DNA of 64,000 nucleotides from an uncultured cyanobacterium (GTDB lineage: Bacteria; Cyanobacteriota; Cyanobacteriia; Phormidesmidales; Phormidesmidaceae): positions 544,001 through 608,000 of the forward strand of contig CAWBZI010000002.1 of NCBI GenBank assembly GCA_963793265.1. The letters are read 5' to 3'. The position numbers and the translations under genes are program-made. Below the pieces are notes generated by a model that saw only the letters and a program-made list of their open reading frames with translations, had not been told where the DNA came from and searched no databases. Shown here in pieces: positions 28,985 through 39,825 of this stretch. Every line of letters starts with the position of its first letter. Position 1 is the first letter of the stretch.

Positions 28985-30241
28985 ATGACCGCTGCTCTAT
29001 CTAGCCGCCCTCACCCGACCGCCTCGGCCCTTCTTAGAACCTACGATGTGGTGATTGTCGGTGGCGGCATTGTGGGGCTAACTTGCGCCTGCGGACTGCG
29101 AGAGTCTGGTCTGCGCGTGGCCGTTATCGAAGCACAAACGGCTGAGCAAGCTGCTGGAAGGCAAAGGGCATATGCTTTTTCGCCGGTATCAGCCCGCATT
29201 TTAGAAGGGCTGGGTCTATGGGATACGGTGGGGCCGCAACTCACTCACTTTCAGCGCGTTAAGCTCTCAGATGCTGACTACGATAAGGCCATTACGTTTA
29301 GACCAACCGATGGTAGAAGCGATGCGGTTTATTATTCGGCTGAGCATACGGTGCTGATGAGAGCGCTACAGTCGGCTATCGGTGCTGCTGAAAATATCGA
29401 CTATTGGTGCGAGAGTCAGGTGCTTAGTGCCGATATCAATCAACCTTGTAGTCGGCTAGCTGTAGAGCATTTGAGCGCAGGGCAAGTTGAGCGCTATCGC
29501 TTTGAGTGCTCGCTAATGGTGGGGGCTGATGGGGCGAGGTCTTTTGTACGCGATCGCGCCCAAATCAAAACCCTCGGCTGGAAATACTGGCAGTCCTGCA
29601 TCACCGCCGTTCTAGAGCCTGAGCACTCCCATCAAAACACCGCCTACGAAAAGTTCTGGCCCAGCGGCCCTTTTGCCATTCTGCCGCTCCCTCACAACCG
29701 CTGCCAAATCGTTTGGACGGCCCCACATGAAGAAGCCAAAGCATTATTGGGCTTACCAAAAGCACAGTTTCTATCAGAACTAAAGGCTCGCTATGGCGAT
29801 CAGATGGGCGATCTCACACTTGTGAATGAACCCATGATGTTTCCCGTGCAGCTCATGCAGAGCCGTCAGTATGTTCGTCCTGGCACTGCTTTAATTGGTG
29901 ACGCGGCACACTGCTGCCATCCTGTCGGCGGGCAGGGTCTTAATATGGGCATTCGCGATGCCACGGCCTTAGCTGAGGTGATTCAGAGAGCCGCTAGCAA
30001 AGGTGAAGATCTAGGCAGCATAAAGGTTCTAAAGAGATATGAACGCTGGCGTAGAACTGAGAACTGGTTCACACTAAGCCTCACAGACTTTTTAAATCGC
30101 TCATTTTCCAACCGCTTTTTACCCCTACTGATCGCTAGGCGCGCGGGCATTTGGGTGTTAGATAGCATCACACCCTTAAAGCGTTTGATCTTGCAATTGA
30201 TGACGGGGTTCTTTGGGAAGCTGCCAAATAAGGCAAAATAG
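28985..30241 (+). CDS. FAD-dependent hydroxylase (UbiH/COQ6 family)
   Basis: GGGIVG, GADGARS, GDAAHCCHPVGGQGLNMG. Confidence 0.92.
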   Translation: MTAALSSRPHPTASALLRTYDVVIVGGGIVGLTCACGLRESGLRVAVIEAQTAEQAAGRQRAYAFSPVSARILEGLGLWDTVGPQLTHFQRVKLSDADYDKAITFRPTDGRSDAVYYSAEHTVLMRALQSAIGAAENIDYWCESQVLSADINQPCSRLAVEHLSAGQVERYRFECSLMVGADGARSFVRDRAQIKTLGWKYWQSCITAVLEPEHSHQNTAYEKFWPSGPFAILPLPHNRCQIVWTAPHEEAKALLGLPKAQFLSELKARYGDQMGDLTLVNEPMMFPVQLMQSRQYVRPGTALIGDAAHCCHPVGGQGLNMGIRDATALAEVIQRAASKGEDLGSIKVLKRYERWRRTENWFTLSLTDFLNRSFSNRFLPLLIARRAGIWVLDSITPLKRLILQLMTGFFGKLPNKAK

Positions 30242-30283
30242 GGGACTGTTCTTCTGTAGCATGGCTTCGACGAGTCTCCTCCT

Positions 30284-31570
30284 ATGCCAACCACCATTGC
30301 ATTTATCGCTCACGACAGCCAAAAAAACGCCCTCATCGACTTTGTAAATGAGTATTCATCGCTGCTGTCTCGCTATCACATAATCGCAACTGAAACCACC
30401 GGCAATAGCCTCAATCAGTCCACGCCATTAACCGTAGAACCTTTACTAGCGGGTGCAGCAGGGGGAGATATTCAAATTGCGGCGCGTGTCGCTGAGAACA
30501 AAATTGCTGCCGTTGTTTTTCTGGCCGACTCTCTCTACGCCCACAACGCGGCAACTGACATCAGCACCATGATGCGGATGTGTCAGCTACACGATGTTCC
30601 ATTTGCGACTAATATTTCCACGGCTCGCGCTGTGTTTTTGGCCCTCGCCAAAAGTCGCATTGCTCACCTTATTTTTAATCCCATCTCCGGCCAGGGCGAT
30701 CCCAATCAAGATCTCAAGCTCATTCGTAAGATATTAGAGCCGCAAATTCAGGTCAATGTGATTTTGACCGAGCCAGATGTGAGTCCTGGGCAGCAGGCAA
30801 GAGAGGCGATCACAGCCGGTGCAGATTTAGTCATTGCCTCTGGTGGCGACGGTACCGTTTCAGCCGTGGCCGAAGCCGTCATGCGAACCGATATTCCCTT
30901 AGGTGTCATCCCACGCGGCACCGCCAACGCCTTCTCAGTCGCCCTTGGCATTCCAACTGGCCTACCCGACGCCTGCGAAAATATTCTGGCAGGCACAACT
31001 CGCCAAATTGATGTAGCCACCTGCAACGGTGCGCCCATGGTGCTTTTAGCAGGCATTGGCTTTGAAGCTGAAACCGTAGAACGGGCCAACCGAGAAATGA
31101 AAAATCGCTTTGGCGTTCTGGCCTATATCGTGGCTGGAATGCAGCAGCTAGCCGACCAAGAGCCCTTTGAAGCTGAGCTGGAAATTAACGGCCAAACCAA
31201 CAAATTCGACTGTAGCGCGATTACAGTGGCCAACGTCGCACCGCCCACGTCTGTAATGGCTCAAGGCTTTGGTGAGGTGATTAGTGACGATGGTCTGCTT
31301 GATGTCACTATTGGCCTATCGCCCACAGAAGCTCAGGGTATTGCCGCTAGGCTTCAGGGGGTTGGTGCGATCGCTGAACTTTTCACCGCCGCCCTTGTCA
31401 AGCGCCCCGCCCAAAACGACGACATCCTCAGCCTGCGAGTCTCCACCATAAAAGTTGCCACCATCCCGCCCCAGAAAGTTGTTGTAGATGGCGAAATCAT
31501 CGGCACAACCCCCGTAGAGTTTGAGTGCATCCCAAACGGCCTAACAATTTTAGCGCCGCTTAGCCTGTAA
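30284..31570 (+). CDS. Methylglyoxal synthase-like domain fused to a YegS/DAG kinase domain
   Basis: IAHD..K, GGDIQI in the N-terminal domain; NPISGQG, GGDGT, PRGTANAF, VDGE in the C-terminal domain. Confidence 0.9.
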   Translation: MPTTIAFIAHDSQKNALIDFVNEYSSLLSRYHIIATETTGNSLNQSTPLTVEPLLAGAAGGDIQIAARVAENKIAAVVFLADSLYAHNAATDISTMMRMCQLHDVPFATNISTARAVFLALAKSRIAHLIFNPISGQGDPNQDLKLIRKILEPQIQVNVILTEPDVSPGQQAREAITAGADLVIASGGDGTVSAVAEAVMRTDIPLGVIPRGTANAFSVALGIPTGLPDACENILAGTTRQIDVATCNGAPMVLLAGIGFEAETVERANREMKNRFGVLAYIVAGMQQLADQEPFEAELEINGQTNKFDCSAITVANVAPPTSVMAQGFGEVISDDGLLDVTIGLSPTEAQGIAARLQGVGAIAELFTAALVKRPAQNDDILSLRVSTIKVATIPPQKVVVDGEIIGTTPVEFECIPNGLTILAPLSL

Positions 31571-31594
31571 GCAGTGAGATTTAACACGTCTTGC

Positions 31595-31622
31595 CTCAGA
31601 GCCCCAACGTGGGGACGGGGGC
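31595..31622 (+). repeat. Short dispersed repeat, copy 1
   Basis: CTCAGAGCCCCAACGTGGGGACGGGGGC; similar copy at 45370. Confidence 0.7.
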
Positions 31623-31658
31623 AATGCGGGAACCTTCGTCTATCTTCAGTTTACTTAT

Positions 31659-31919
31659 CTACAGATAATTCTTCTGATTACTAGACTTAAACCGCCCCAC
31701 CTCAAAATCTCTCAGCTTTGCGTGCTTAGTCTTACGCGAAGTCACCCGCTTGCGCCACATCTTAAAGCTAGAGCGCTTCATATACTTGCGCATCACCGCA
31801 ATCACATCTTTTTCTTTAAGACCGAACTGCTTTTCAATCACCTCAAAAGTTGTTCTATCTTCCCAAGCCATTTCAATCACACGATCAATCGTGGCAGCAT
31901 CTAGCTCATCAGGCTTCAT
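31659..31919 (-). CDS. TIGR03643-family protein
   Basis: IDRVIEMAWEDRTTFE...SSFKMWRKRV...TKH. Confidence 0.88.
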   Translation of the reverse strand: MKPDELDAATIDRVIEMAWEDRTTFEVIEKQFGLKEKDVIAVMRKYMKRSSFKMWRKRVTSRKTKHAKLRDFEVGRFKSSNQKNYL

Positions 31920-32015
31920 ATTCTTTCCATTCGTAGTGATATAAATCTAATCATCTCGGATTTGCTGCCAAACAATCATCGCTCTTTAGTCGGATAGCCC
32001 CAAAGAGGTCATTGT

Positions 32016-32444
32016 CTATTCAGCCGCTTTCTTACCGCCAAACAATCCCTTGATACTATTAATCGCACCCATTAAGCCGCGTTCGTTCCGATCGCGCTGC
32101 TTAGTTGCCAGTTCAATATCATCATCCTTTTCACCCTTAAGCCGATACCCATACTCCAGAGTGTCCCGGCTTTTTTTCAACACAGGAAAAGCCCGGAACG
32201 CGCCCTGAAGTAAATCGGCTTCGCTGTGATAAATCGCGCGGCTAATTTGGCTAGAGCGGCGGACTGCGATCGCACCAATCGGATACCACTGCTTAGTGCC
32301 TTCACCCCGTACATACACCTCATACTCAGGCAGGCCATCGGTTTTCATTTTGTCGTACTGCTGAGAAGCCTTTTCCCGCTTCTGCGTACGCTCCGACTTA
32401 GGTTTCTTAGGTGTTTTCTTCCCAAAACCGACTGGCTCAGACAT
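32016..32444 (-). CDS. HHL1-like protein
   Basis: GFGKK start, YEVYVR, WYPIGAIAV, LEYGYRLK. Confidence 0.75.
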   Translation of the reverse strand: MSEPVGFGKKTPKKPKSERTQKREKASQQYDKMKTDGLPEYEVYVRGEGTKQWYPIGAIAVRRSSQISRAIYHSEADLLQGAFRAFPVLKKSRDTLEYGYRLKGEKDDDIELATKQRDRNERGLMGAINSIKGLFGGKKAAE

Positions 32445-32487
32445 AGTTCTTCTGGTGTTTTATGAACGTCATTTATAAAAGTTTACA

Positions 32488-33129
32488 TTATTGCACGCGA
32501 GTATACTTTGCCCGGTATACCGGCAGGCCCTTTTCTTGCGTGACGCGCTCGCGATCTGTCTGGGCTGGAAATGGGCTTTCTATTAGCCAGCTAGTGCCTT
32601 TGCGGGTAAAGGCAGCGTTTTCGTCAAAGCGATCACACATCTCCACACACACCTCCTCAATATCCGACTGTAGCCAAATCATTGCCCCTATAGGCATTAG
32701 CTCTGCCAAAGCCTCAACCAGCTCCGGCTGCACCACCCGTCTTTTTTGGTGCCGCTTCTTAAACCAAGGGTCAGGGAACTGAATGCTCACAACCTGCAAA
32801 GGGCAGCCGTTCGGCCAGTTAGCCAGCAGCGGCTTCAGTGAATTATTCGCATTACAAAAAACGAAGTGCAGATTTTTCTGTCCTGCCTGATCTCGTCTGA
32901 TCAAAGCCCGCTCAACCAAAGGCTCTCGAATCTCTAACCCCAAAAAGTTCCAGTCTGGAACCCGATTGGCCATCTCCCGCACAAAATCACCCTTGCCGCA
33001 GCCAATATCCAAATGCAGCGGTCGCTGAGGGTTGGCAAATACCGCCTGCCAGTCGGGGGCATCAGCCGGATTGGCATACTTACTGCTGAGCGGATTAACG
33101 TGCTGTCGAACGCGGCGAATAGGGGGCAT
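32488..33129 (-). CDS. trmB: tRNA (guanine-N7)-methyltransferase
   Basis: RVRQHVNPL, LDIGCGKG, QFPDPWFKKRH. Confidence 0.96.
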   Translation of the reverse strand: MPPIRRVRQHVNPLSSKYANPADAPDWQAVFANPQRPLHLDIGCGKGDFVREMANRVPDWNFLGLEIREPLVERALIRRDQAGQKNLHFVFCNANNSLKPLLANWPNGCPLQVVSIQFPDPWFKKRHQKRRVVQPELVEALAELMPIGAMIWLQSDIEEVCVEMCDRFDENAAFTRKGTSWLIESPFPAQTDRERVTQEKGLPVYRAKYTRVQ

Positions 33130-33130
33130 T

Positions 33131-34060
33131 TTAGAGGCTCTCCGGCTCGCTTTGAGCCATTTGAAAATTTAACAGATAGGGAATGGCGTCCGTTTTCTTG
33201 GGCCAGCTTTTCCACACAAACCAGGCCCAGAAAGGGAAAGACACCGCTATTAGCACCAGGCTAGTTCTCCACTCCGATTGAATATCGCTTACCGTCGCAG
33301 TTTGATCGGCTACTGACATTCGAGAGAGCCAATCCATACCGACTGCCGCTAAATTGTTTAACGAGTGACACGCTACCGGCACCCAAAGACTACGCGATCG
33401 CACATACAGCAGCCCCATCACTAGCCCAAATAGGGTCAGCCCCAGCGGATTGCTAAAGTGCAGCACCCCAAACAATACCGAAGAAGCAATCATCCCTCGC
33501 CGCAGGCCCCACTTCACCGCCCATCTCTGAAGCAAAAAGCCTCTGAAGATGAGTTCTTCTACCAAAGGTGCGTATATCACTAGCAGAAACAGCATTAGCC
33601 AGTTATACACTCGCGGATACAGGCTTTCTGTTCCTCTCAACAGCTTACTGTTTTCCAATAAACCATTCACATAGTTCGGAAAACCGAGAGAGAGTACGTA
33701 GAAAGCGAGTAGAGAAATTCCAAGAGAAAATAGCAGCAGGCTAGCGACTAAGAGCACCCCATAGAAAATAGAAAACCGCGGCACTCGCTGCCCTATCAAA
33801 TATTTAACGTCTAGCCCTTCCTGACGGCCCGCCCATAAGATCACGCTGCCCACAATCGTTAGTAGTGAAATCGTTAAAATAGGCGTCGAAATCGGATCTT
33901 GTGATACTCGTAACAGAGGCAGCCAATAGTCCAGCGAGCCATACACTATGCCGACTAAGGGGGCGGCGATAAAGTAGGTGCTAAAAACCAAATAGCGACT
34001 CTGAAGTTTTGAGAAAGGGTTATGAGGTGATGAACTAGAAAATGAATTGGGCCTGTCCAT
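33131..34060 (-). CDS. CPBP (Abi/CAAX) family intramembrane metalloprotease
   Basis: EELIFRG, FGVLH, HSLNN. Confidence 0.92.
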   Translation of the reverse strand: MDRPNSFSSSSPHNPFSKLQSRYLVFSTYFIAAPLVGIVYGSLDYWLPLLRVSQDPISTPILTISLLTIVGSVILWAGRQEGLDVKYLIGQRVPRFSIFYGVLLVASLLLFSLGISLLAFYVLSLGFPNYVNGLLENSKLLRGTESLYPRVYNWLMLFLLVIYAPLVEELIFRGFLLQRWAVKWGLRRGMIASSVLFGVLHFSNPLGLTLFGLVMGLLYVRSRSLWVPVACHSLNNLAAVGMDWLSRMSVADQTATVSDIQSEWRTSLVLIAVSFPFWAWFVWKSWPKKTDAIPYLLNFQMAQSEPESL

Positions 34061-34300
34061 TGGGGGGCGATCGCGAGTCCTAGTTCAAAAGTATTCGGAA
34101 TACACTTTTACAGCGCAGTAGCTATTATAGGAACCTTTTGTCATCGTCGCCTTTTGGATCGTTGCCTTTTAAGATGCCTTTTGAACAGTGCTTAGCAATC
34201 GCTTTAAATCGGTATGCACTTACGAAATTGCCACATACTCATAAAAGGCGTGAGCAATGTTGCTAGAGTAGCTGAGTAGTCAGGCTTTAGCCCATTTGCA

Positions 34301-37300
34301 GTGTCGCCAAATACACCGCCACCTGTGCCGCCAGTGCCGCCCAATTCTGATAGCAGTCCATCATCTACACCAGAGCCAACCCCTGAATTAGCGCCCGATC
34401 GCCCTCCACAAGGTCGACGGACTTTTCCGTGGTTTTGGTTAGGCACTTTTATTGGCACACTCTTTGGTGCTGCAGGGCTTGGGCTAGCCGCTTGGGCCTG
34501 GATTTTCATTAACGAAGACCTCTCTCCGCTGCTATCTAAAACGCTGACCGATTCTCTAGAGCGCCCTGTTGACTTAGGGGAGGTTGAGAAGGTCACGCTT
34601 GGCAGCATTCAGGTGGGGCCGTCTACTATTGGCGCAGCCGCAGACGACTCTACAACACTGGAAGTCGATACCACCATTGTTAGATTCGATCTAATCGAAA
34701 CCCTGCTGACCTCAGAGCTAGGGTTAGATTTGACACTCGTAAAAGCAGAAGGTTACTTAGAACAGGATGAGGAAAAGGGATGGCTTGATGTTGATGTACC
34801 TGAACAAGATGAGGAAGAGACAGATCGTAGATTTGAGATTCGCCTAGACGATATTCGCGTTCGTGACTCTCAGCTCACGCTGGTACCGCTGCCTTTTAAT
34901 CCTGAAGAGCCCGAAACCATTCCTTTTAATGACGTGAACGGCAGCGTCAGTTTTGACAATATTGTTGTAGCAGGCGAAGATACGCGGCGAACTCGGTTTG
35001 AAGTAACAGGCGATCCGGTCGCGGGCGGTGTGCTGACGCTAAAAGGTGAAGTCCAGCCGGTTGAGGTCGTAGAAGCAGTTGACGGAACGGCTAAGGAGTC
35101 TCAAGCGAGCGATTCAGAGTCAGCGGATCGAAACTCATCTGATAGTGAGAAAGACAGCAATATTAAAAGCGCGACTAACCTATATCTTCAGTCAGACAAG
35201 GTAACGCTAGACGATATTTTAGATTTCACGCTGCCGACGATTGGGCTATTCAGTGATAAATTCGCCGTCGAATCTGGCGTTGTGAGTGGCACGATGGATA
35301 TGGCCTTCAGGCCCGATCAGCCGTTTGAATATTCGGGTGCGTTGGCGGTCGATGACGCCGGGGTGACGACTGATATTCTGCCGCTGCCGCTAGAAAATAT
35401 TGAGGGCCAAACGCGCTTTCAGGGCAACAAGTGGACGATTGATCGAGTCAGCGCTGACTACGGCGACATTGATGCTGTTGCTGAGGGTTTGGTTGATTTT
35501 GATAATGGCTACGACCTGACGGCAGTGGCTAACGATGTGACGGTCAAAGAGTTTACAGAAACGGTTGATTTAGAGCTGCCTGTGCCGACTGAAGGTGTCT
35601 TTGATGCGATCGCCAATATTAACGGCCCTATCGACAATCCCATTTTTTCAGGCCAGGCGATCGCCACCAAACCCCTCACAGTAGACAAGCTCGCCTTCAC
35701 CAATGCCGCTACCGATTTTCGCCTTCAGGGCCAACAGCTCACCCTCAGCGACATCGCCGCCACCCCTGCCAACGGCGGAGCCCTACGCGGCTCGGGCCAG
35801 GTTCTACTCGCCCAGGGAACGCCTTTTACCTTCAACGTCACTGGCCGCAGCCTGCCTGCTGAAGCGATCGCTAAAATCTACGGCATCAATCCTGGCTTTA
35901 GACTAGGGCTCGTCTCTGCCGATGCGAGAGTCGTCAGCCGGGGCGGGCAGATCAGCACAACAATTGACTGGCGAGCGCCCGATGCCCTTTACGCAGGCGC
36001 AGGCAGCATTGATATTACTGGCAACAACATTGCTTTTCGAGACAGCACTTTTAAGCTAGGCGGCGGCATTGTCAACGCTTCCGGCAACCTTTTGAACGGC
36101 CAGTGGACAAGCGATATTTCACTAGCAAACGTCAATCTCAACGCGATTTCAGAAAATTTGACTGGCGAAGTGAGCGGTGACTTTACGGCGAGTGGGAATA
36201 CGGCAAATACCAAGATTGGGGCGATCACAGCCCAGGGAAACATCACCTTCACCAACGGCCTAGCCACCTTCGGCCCCCAGTTTGCCAGCATCAGTAATCC
36301 GCTCACCTCCCAAGTCGCCTGGAACGGCGAAAAGCTACAGATCACCGGAGCCCGCACCGACCGCATCACCGCCAACGGCACCATCACCCCCATCTTCGAC
36401 AGCGGCTTCGAGGGCCTAGAACGACTAGATCTCACCGTCGTCGCCCAAGACTATGGCATCAACGAAATTCCCTTCGTCACCATCCCCGACGTACTCAACC
36501 TCGCCGGACGCACCGACTTCAACGGCACCATCAGCGGCAGTCCCGAAGCGCCCACCATCAGCGGCGACGTCCGCCTCACCGACCTCATCGCCAACCGCCT
36601 CCCCTTCAACCCCCTGCTCACCGGCACCGTAGACTTCGCCTTCAGCGACGGCCTAGATCTCAACCTCACCGGCCCCACCGACAGCATCGCCCTCGACATC
36701 GGCCCTGCCACCTTCCGCGAAGACAGCCCTTCACCCGACTTCAACTTCGACATCGACTGGCGCAGCGCCTTTGCCAGAGGCCAAACCCAGGGCGACATCC
36801 TCGCCGTCCAGGCAGGCAACTTTCCCCTCTCCGTCCTCAACTTCCCCCCTGAAGGTGCAGCCGACATCGGCCAGCTACGCGGCACCCTCTCCTCAGCCGA
36901 TTTAGCCGTCAACCTTAGCGACGAAACTCTCATAGGCGACATTGCTATCGAGCAGCTAGGGCTCGGCTACATTGGAGCCGGACGCCTTGCAGGCCAAGTC
37001 CGCTACGCCAATGAGCTAGCCACCTTTACCAGCGGAGAACTCGTCCTCAATGACAATCTCTATTCGCTCAGCGGTAGCCTCGCGCTAGACGGCCCCGAGC
37101 CGGTTTACAGCGCTAATCTCGCTACGCAGCAAGGCGATGTTCAAAACATTCTCACGGCACTATCTATTTACGAGCTTAACGACTTCCGCCGGGGGCTTAC
37201 CCCGCCAGAATGGTTAGAGAATCCGCCCTCTCAAGCAGTATTAGACAGCATTCTAGCGACTAGCTCCACTGGCAACCCCGACGCCGCGCTGCTAGAACAG

Positions 37301-39667
37301 CTCCGTCGCCTTGCCGAAATTCAAGCGCTTCAGACCGAAGAAAGGATAGCTGACGAAGCGCGTCCGGTGCCACCACTTGCAGAACTCAGCGGCCCCTTTG
37401 CGGGCAATATTGTGCTCAACGGTGCGGGTAGCGACTTCAAGTTAGATTTCGATTTGGCCGGAGCTAACTGGCAGTGGGGTGATGACTACAGCGCTGAAGA
37501 AGTAATTGCGAAAGGGAGCTTGACGCCTAATATACTGACCCTAGAGCCCGTACGGTTTGCATCGGTTCTATCACTTCCTGAAGGTTCTGAACTAGCTGAT
37601 TTAGAGACTGATACCGACATTGTTGAGCCTGAGTTTGATGAAGGGCTACCTAGTCTATCTGACGATCCAACAAACACCGAAGTGCGGCCTATTGAGGGTG
37701 AATTGGAACAGGCGATCGCAGCCATTAACCTATCAGGCCAAATCGTCTTCGGCCAGAACACTGAACTCACCTCAAACCTCCAAGCCACCGCCCAAAACCT
37801 TGACGTTTCCGCCGCCCGCGACATCCTCGAAATTCCTCTCGACATCGACGGCTTTGCCAACGCTAATGCCAGGCTAGGCGGTACGCTCGCCAACCCTCAG
37901 CTCAGGGGCGAAGCTGAAATCGCCGCTGCCACCATCAACGACACCCCTATCGAAACCGCCGCTGCCCAGTTCCTCTACCAAAACGCCCGCCTCAGCCTCG
38001 CCAGCACTCTCACCGCCAGCACCCCCGAACAACCCCTCACCCTCTCAGCCCAAATTCCCTACGCCTTCAACTTCATGGATGTTCAACCTGATAGCGAAGA
38101 CATCTCCGTGTCTGTCAATGTTCAGGACGAAGGTTTAGCGCTCCTCAATATCTTCACGCAGCAAGTCGCTTGGGAATCAGGCAGCGGCACAGTCAACCTA
38201 AACGTAGGTGGCACCCTAAAAGATCCTGAGATCGACGGCATTGCAACGCTAGAAGATGCCGTCATCAACGCCCAGGTTTTGCCAGAACCTTTGACAAACG
38301 TCAACGGCAGGGCAATTTTTCAGGGCGAGCGGATTGTCGTCGAAGCCCTGGAAGGACAGTTTAGCGATGGTAGACTGACCGCTGCTGGTATTTTCCCGCT
38401 GCTATATCCGGTCATCAGCGGCCCGCGTCTGAGCACACTGACTGCCGTCTCTACAGCCGCACCTTCAGAAGATGAGGCAGAAGAAGATGCCACGAATACC
38501 AACCCGCTCTTTCCTCAGCCGCTAGCTGCCGATCGTCCTCTCACTGTCAACTTTGAAGACATTGCCCTAAATCTCGACAACCTCTACAGCGGCGGCGTCA
38601 AGGGTCAAATTGTGGTAGGTGGTAGCGCGCTGATAGGTGGGCCTCAAGTTAGCGGTCAGGTCATTCTTGCTGACGGTCGCGTCCTACTGCCTGAAGGAAA
38701 CGGTACAGCAGCGACCACCAACGCTTCGGACACTACCGACTTCAACACCGCTTTGCTCAGCGGCGGCTCTGAAACCGGTGGAATTACCACCAACTTCCGC
38801 GATCTTCGGCTCACCCTTGGCCCATCGATTCAAATTACGCAGGGCAACCTGCTTAACTTTGTTGCCGATGGCACGCTGTTACTCAACGGCCCCCCCTCAG
38901 ACTTAGAGCCTGACGGCGTTATCAATATCAAGTCAGGCCGCGTCAGCCTTTTCAACACTGTATTCCGACTTAGAGGAGGAGACAACACAGCTGTGTTCAC
39001 CCGAGAGATGGGCATCTCAAATCCATTCTTAGACGTTTCGCTACGTAGCAACGTGCCAGAAGTTGATAGCCCGCCTTCTTTAACTAACACGCCGTTCGCA
39101 AACGCTGAGATTGCAGATACTTCTAACAACGGCTTCAGTAACCCAGGATCGTTACGTACCATTCGCGTCTATGCAGACGTCAACGGCCCTGCTAACGCTA
39201 TCTTTGAAAATCTAGAACTATCTAGCTCACCCTCCCGGAGCGAAACCGAACTGCTTGCCCTCATCGGCGGCGGATTCGTAGACGCAATCGAATCTACAGT
39301 AGGTAGCCTCGGCGGCGGTGGTGATGGGTTTGAAGGACTGATCAACTTAGTTGGCGGTACCGTGCTGACTAGAGTTCAAGACCTGATTGGCAATACGCTC
39401 AGCCTGAGTGAGTTCCGGCTATTTCCAGTCACCTCTGCTAGCCGCACCCAATCGGAAGAAGACAATGAGTCAGGGTTAGACATCGGTGCAACGGCTGGTT
39501 TTGATGTTACTGACTCGACCTCAGTTTCGCTCACCAAAATCCTCACCGATAGCAGCAACCCTGAAGTTGGCGTCAACTATCGCCTTACCGACTCACTCAC
39601 CGTCCGTAGCGCCACCAACTTTGATGACATCAACCAATTCTTGATTGAATACGAGCTGAGGTTTTAG
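34301..39667 (+). CDS. tamB: Translocation/assembly module TamB (DUF490) protein
   Basis: 1788 aa, N-terminal TM anchor, beta-rich repeats, C-terminal ...VNYRLTD...EYELRF. Confidence 0.85.
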   Translation: MSPNTPPPVPPVPPNSDSSPSSTPEPTPELAPDRPPQGRRTFPWFWLGTFIGTLFGAAGLGLAAWAWIFINEDLSPLLSKTLTDSLERPVDLGEVEKVTLGSIQVGPSTIGAAADDSTTLEVDTTIVRFDLIETLLTSELGLDLTLVKAEGYLEQDEEKGWLDVDVPEQDEEETDRRFEIRLDDIRVRDSQLTLVPLPFNPEEPETIPFNDVNGSVSFDNIVVAGEDTRRTRFEVTGDPVAGGVLTLKGEVQPVEVVEAVDGTAKESQASDSESADRNSSDSEKDSNIKSATNLYLQSDKVTLDDILDFTLPTIGLFSDKFAVESGVVSGTMDMAFRPDQPFEYSGALAVDDAGVTTDILPLPLENIEGQTRFQGNKWTIDRVSADYGDIDAVAEGLVDFDNGYDLTAVANDVTVKEFTETVDLELPVPTEGVFDAIANINGPIDNPIFSGQAIATKPLTVDKLAFTNAATDFRLQGQQLTLSDIAATPANGGALRGSGQVLLAQGTPFTFNVTGRSLPAEAIAKIYGINPGFRLGLVSADARVVSRGGQISTTIDWRAPDALYAGAGSIDITGNNIAFRDSTFKLGGGIVNASGNLLNGQWTSDISLANVNLNAISENLTGEVSGDFTASGNTANTKIGAITAQGNITFTNGLATFGPQFASISNPLTSQVAWNGEKLQITGARTDRITANGTITPIFDSGFEGLERLDLTVVAQDYGINEIPFVTIPDVLNLAGRTDFNGTISGSPEAPTISGDVRLTDLIANRLPFNPLLTGTVDFAFSDGLDLNLTGPTDSIALDIGPATFREDSPSPDFNFDIDWRSAFARGQTQGDILAVQAGNFPLSVLNFPPEGAADIGQLRGTLSSADLAVNLSDETLIGDIAIEQLGLGYIGAGRLAGQVRYANELATFTSGELVLNDNLYSLSGSLALDGPEPVYSANLATQQGDVQNILTALSIYELNDFRRGLTPPEWLENPPSQAVLDSILATSSTGNPDAALLEQLRRLAEIQALQTEERIADEARPVPPLAELSGPFAGNIVLNGAGSDFKLDFDLAGANWQWGDDYSAEEVIAKGSLTPNILTLEPVRFASVLSLPEGSELADLETDTDIVEPEFDEGLPSLSDDPTNTEVRPIEGELEQAIAAINLSGQIVFGQNTELTSNLQATAQNLDVSAARDILEIPLDIDGFANANARLGGTLANPQLRGEAEIAAATINDTPIETAAAQFLYQNARLSLASTLTASTPEQPLTLSAQIPYAFNFMDVQPDSEDISVSVNVQDEGLALLNIFTQQVAWESGSGTVNLNVGGTLKDPEIDGIATLEDAVINAQVLPEPLTNVNGRAIFQGERIVVEALEGQFSDGRLTAAGIFPLLYPVISGPRLSTLTAVSTAAPSEDEAEEDATNTNPLFPQPLAADRPLTVNFEDIALNLDNLYSGGVKGQIVVGGSALIGGPQVSGQVILADGRVLLPEGNGTAATTNASDTTDFNTALLSGGSETGGITTNFRDLRLTLGPSIQITQGNLLNFVADGTLLLNGPPSDLEPDGVINIKSGRVSLFNTVFRLRGGDNTAVFTREMGISNPFLDVSLRSNVPEVDSPPSLTNTPFANAEIADTSNNGFSNPGSLRTIRVYADVNGPANAIFENLELSSSPSRSETELLALIGGGFVDAIESTVGSLGGGGDGFEGLINLVGGTVLTRVQDLIGNTLSLSEFRLFPVTSASRTQSEEDNESGLDIGATAGFDVTDSTSVSLTKILTDSSNPEVGVNYRLTDSLTVRSATNFDDINQFLIEYELRF

Positions 39668-39825
39668 CTTTACTTAGCGGCACACCGCACATAACCGAAC
39701 TAAAACTCATTAGATAAAATTATCTTTAAGTCTATGCTGAAAAAGAGCGGTACTAGCTGAAAGTAGTCATAGCAACCGCGCTTGTAAAGTTAACTCTCTA
39801 TTGTTTCTTACACAAAAAATAACCC

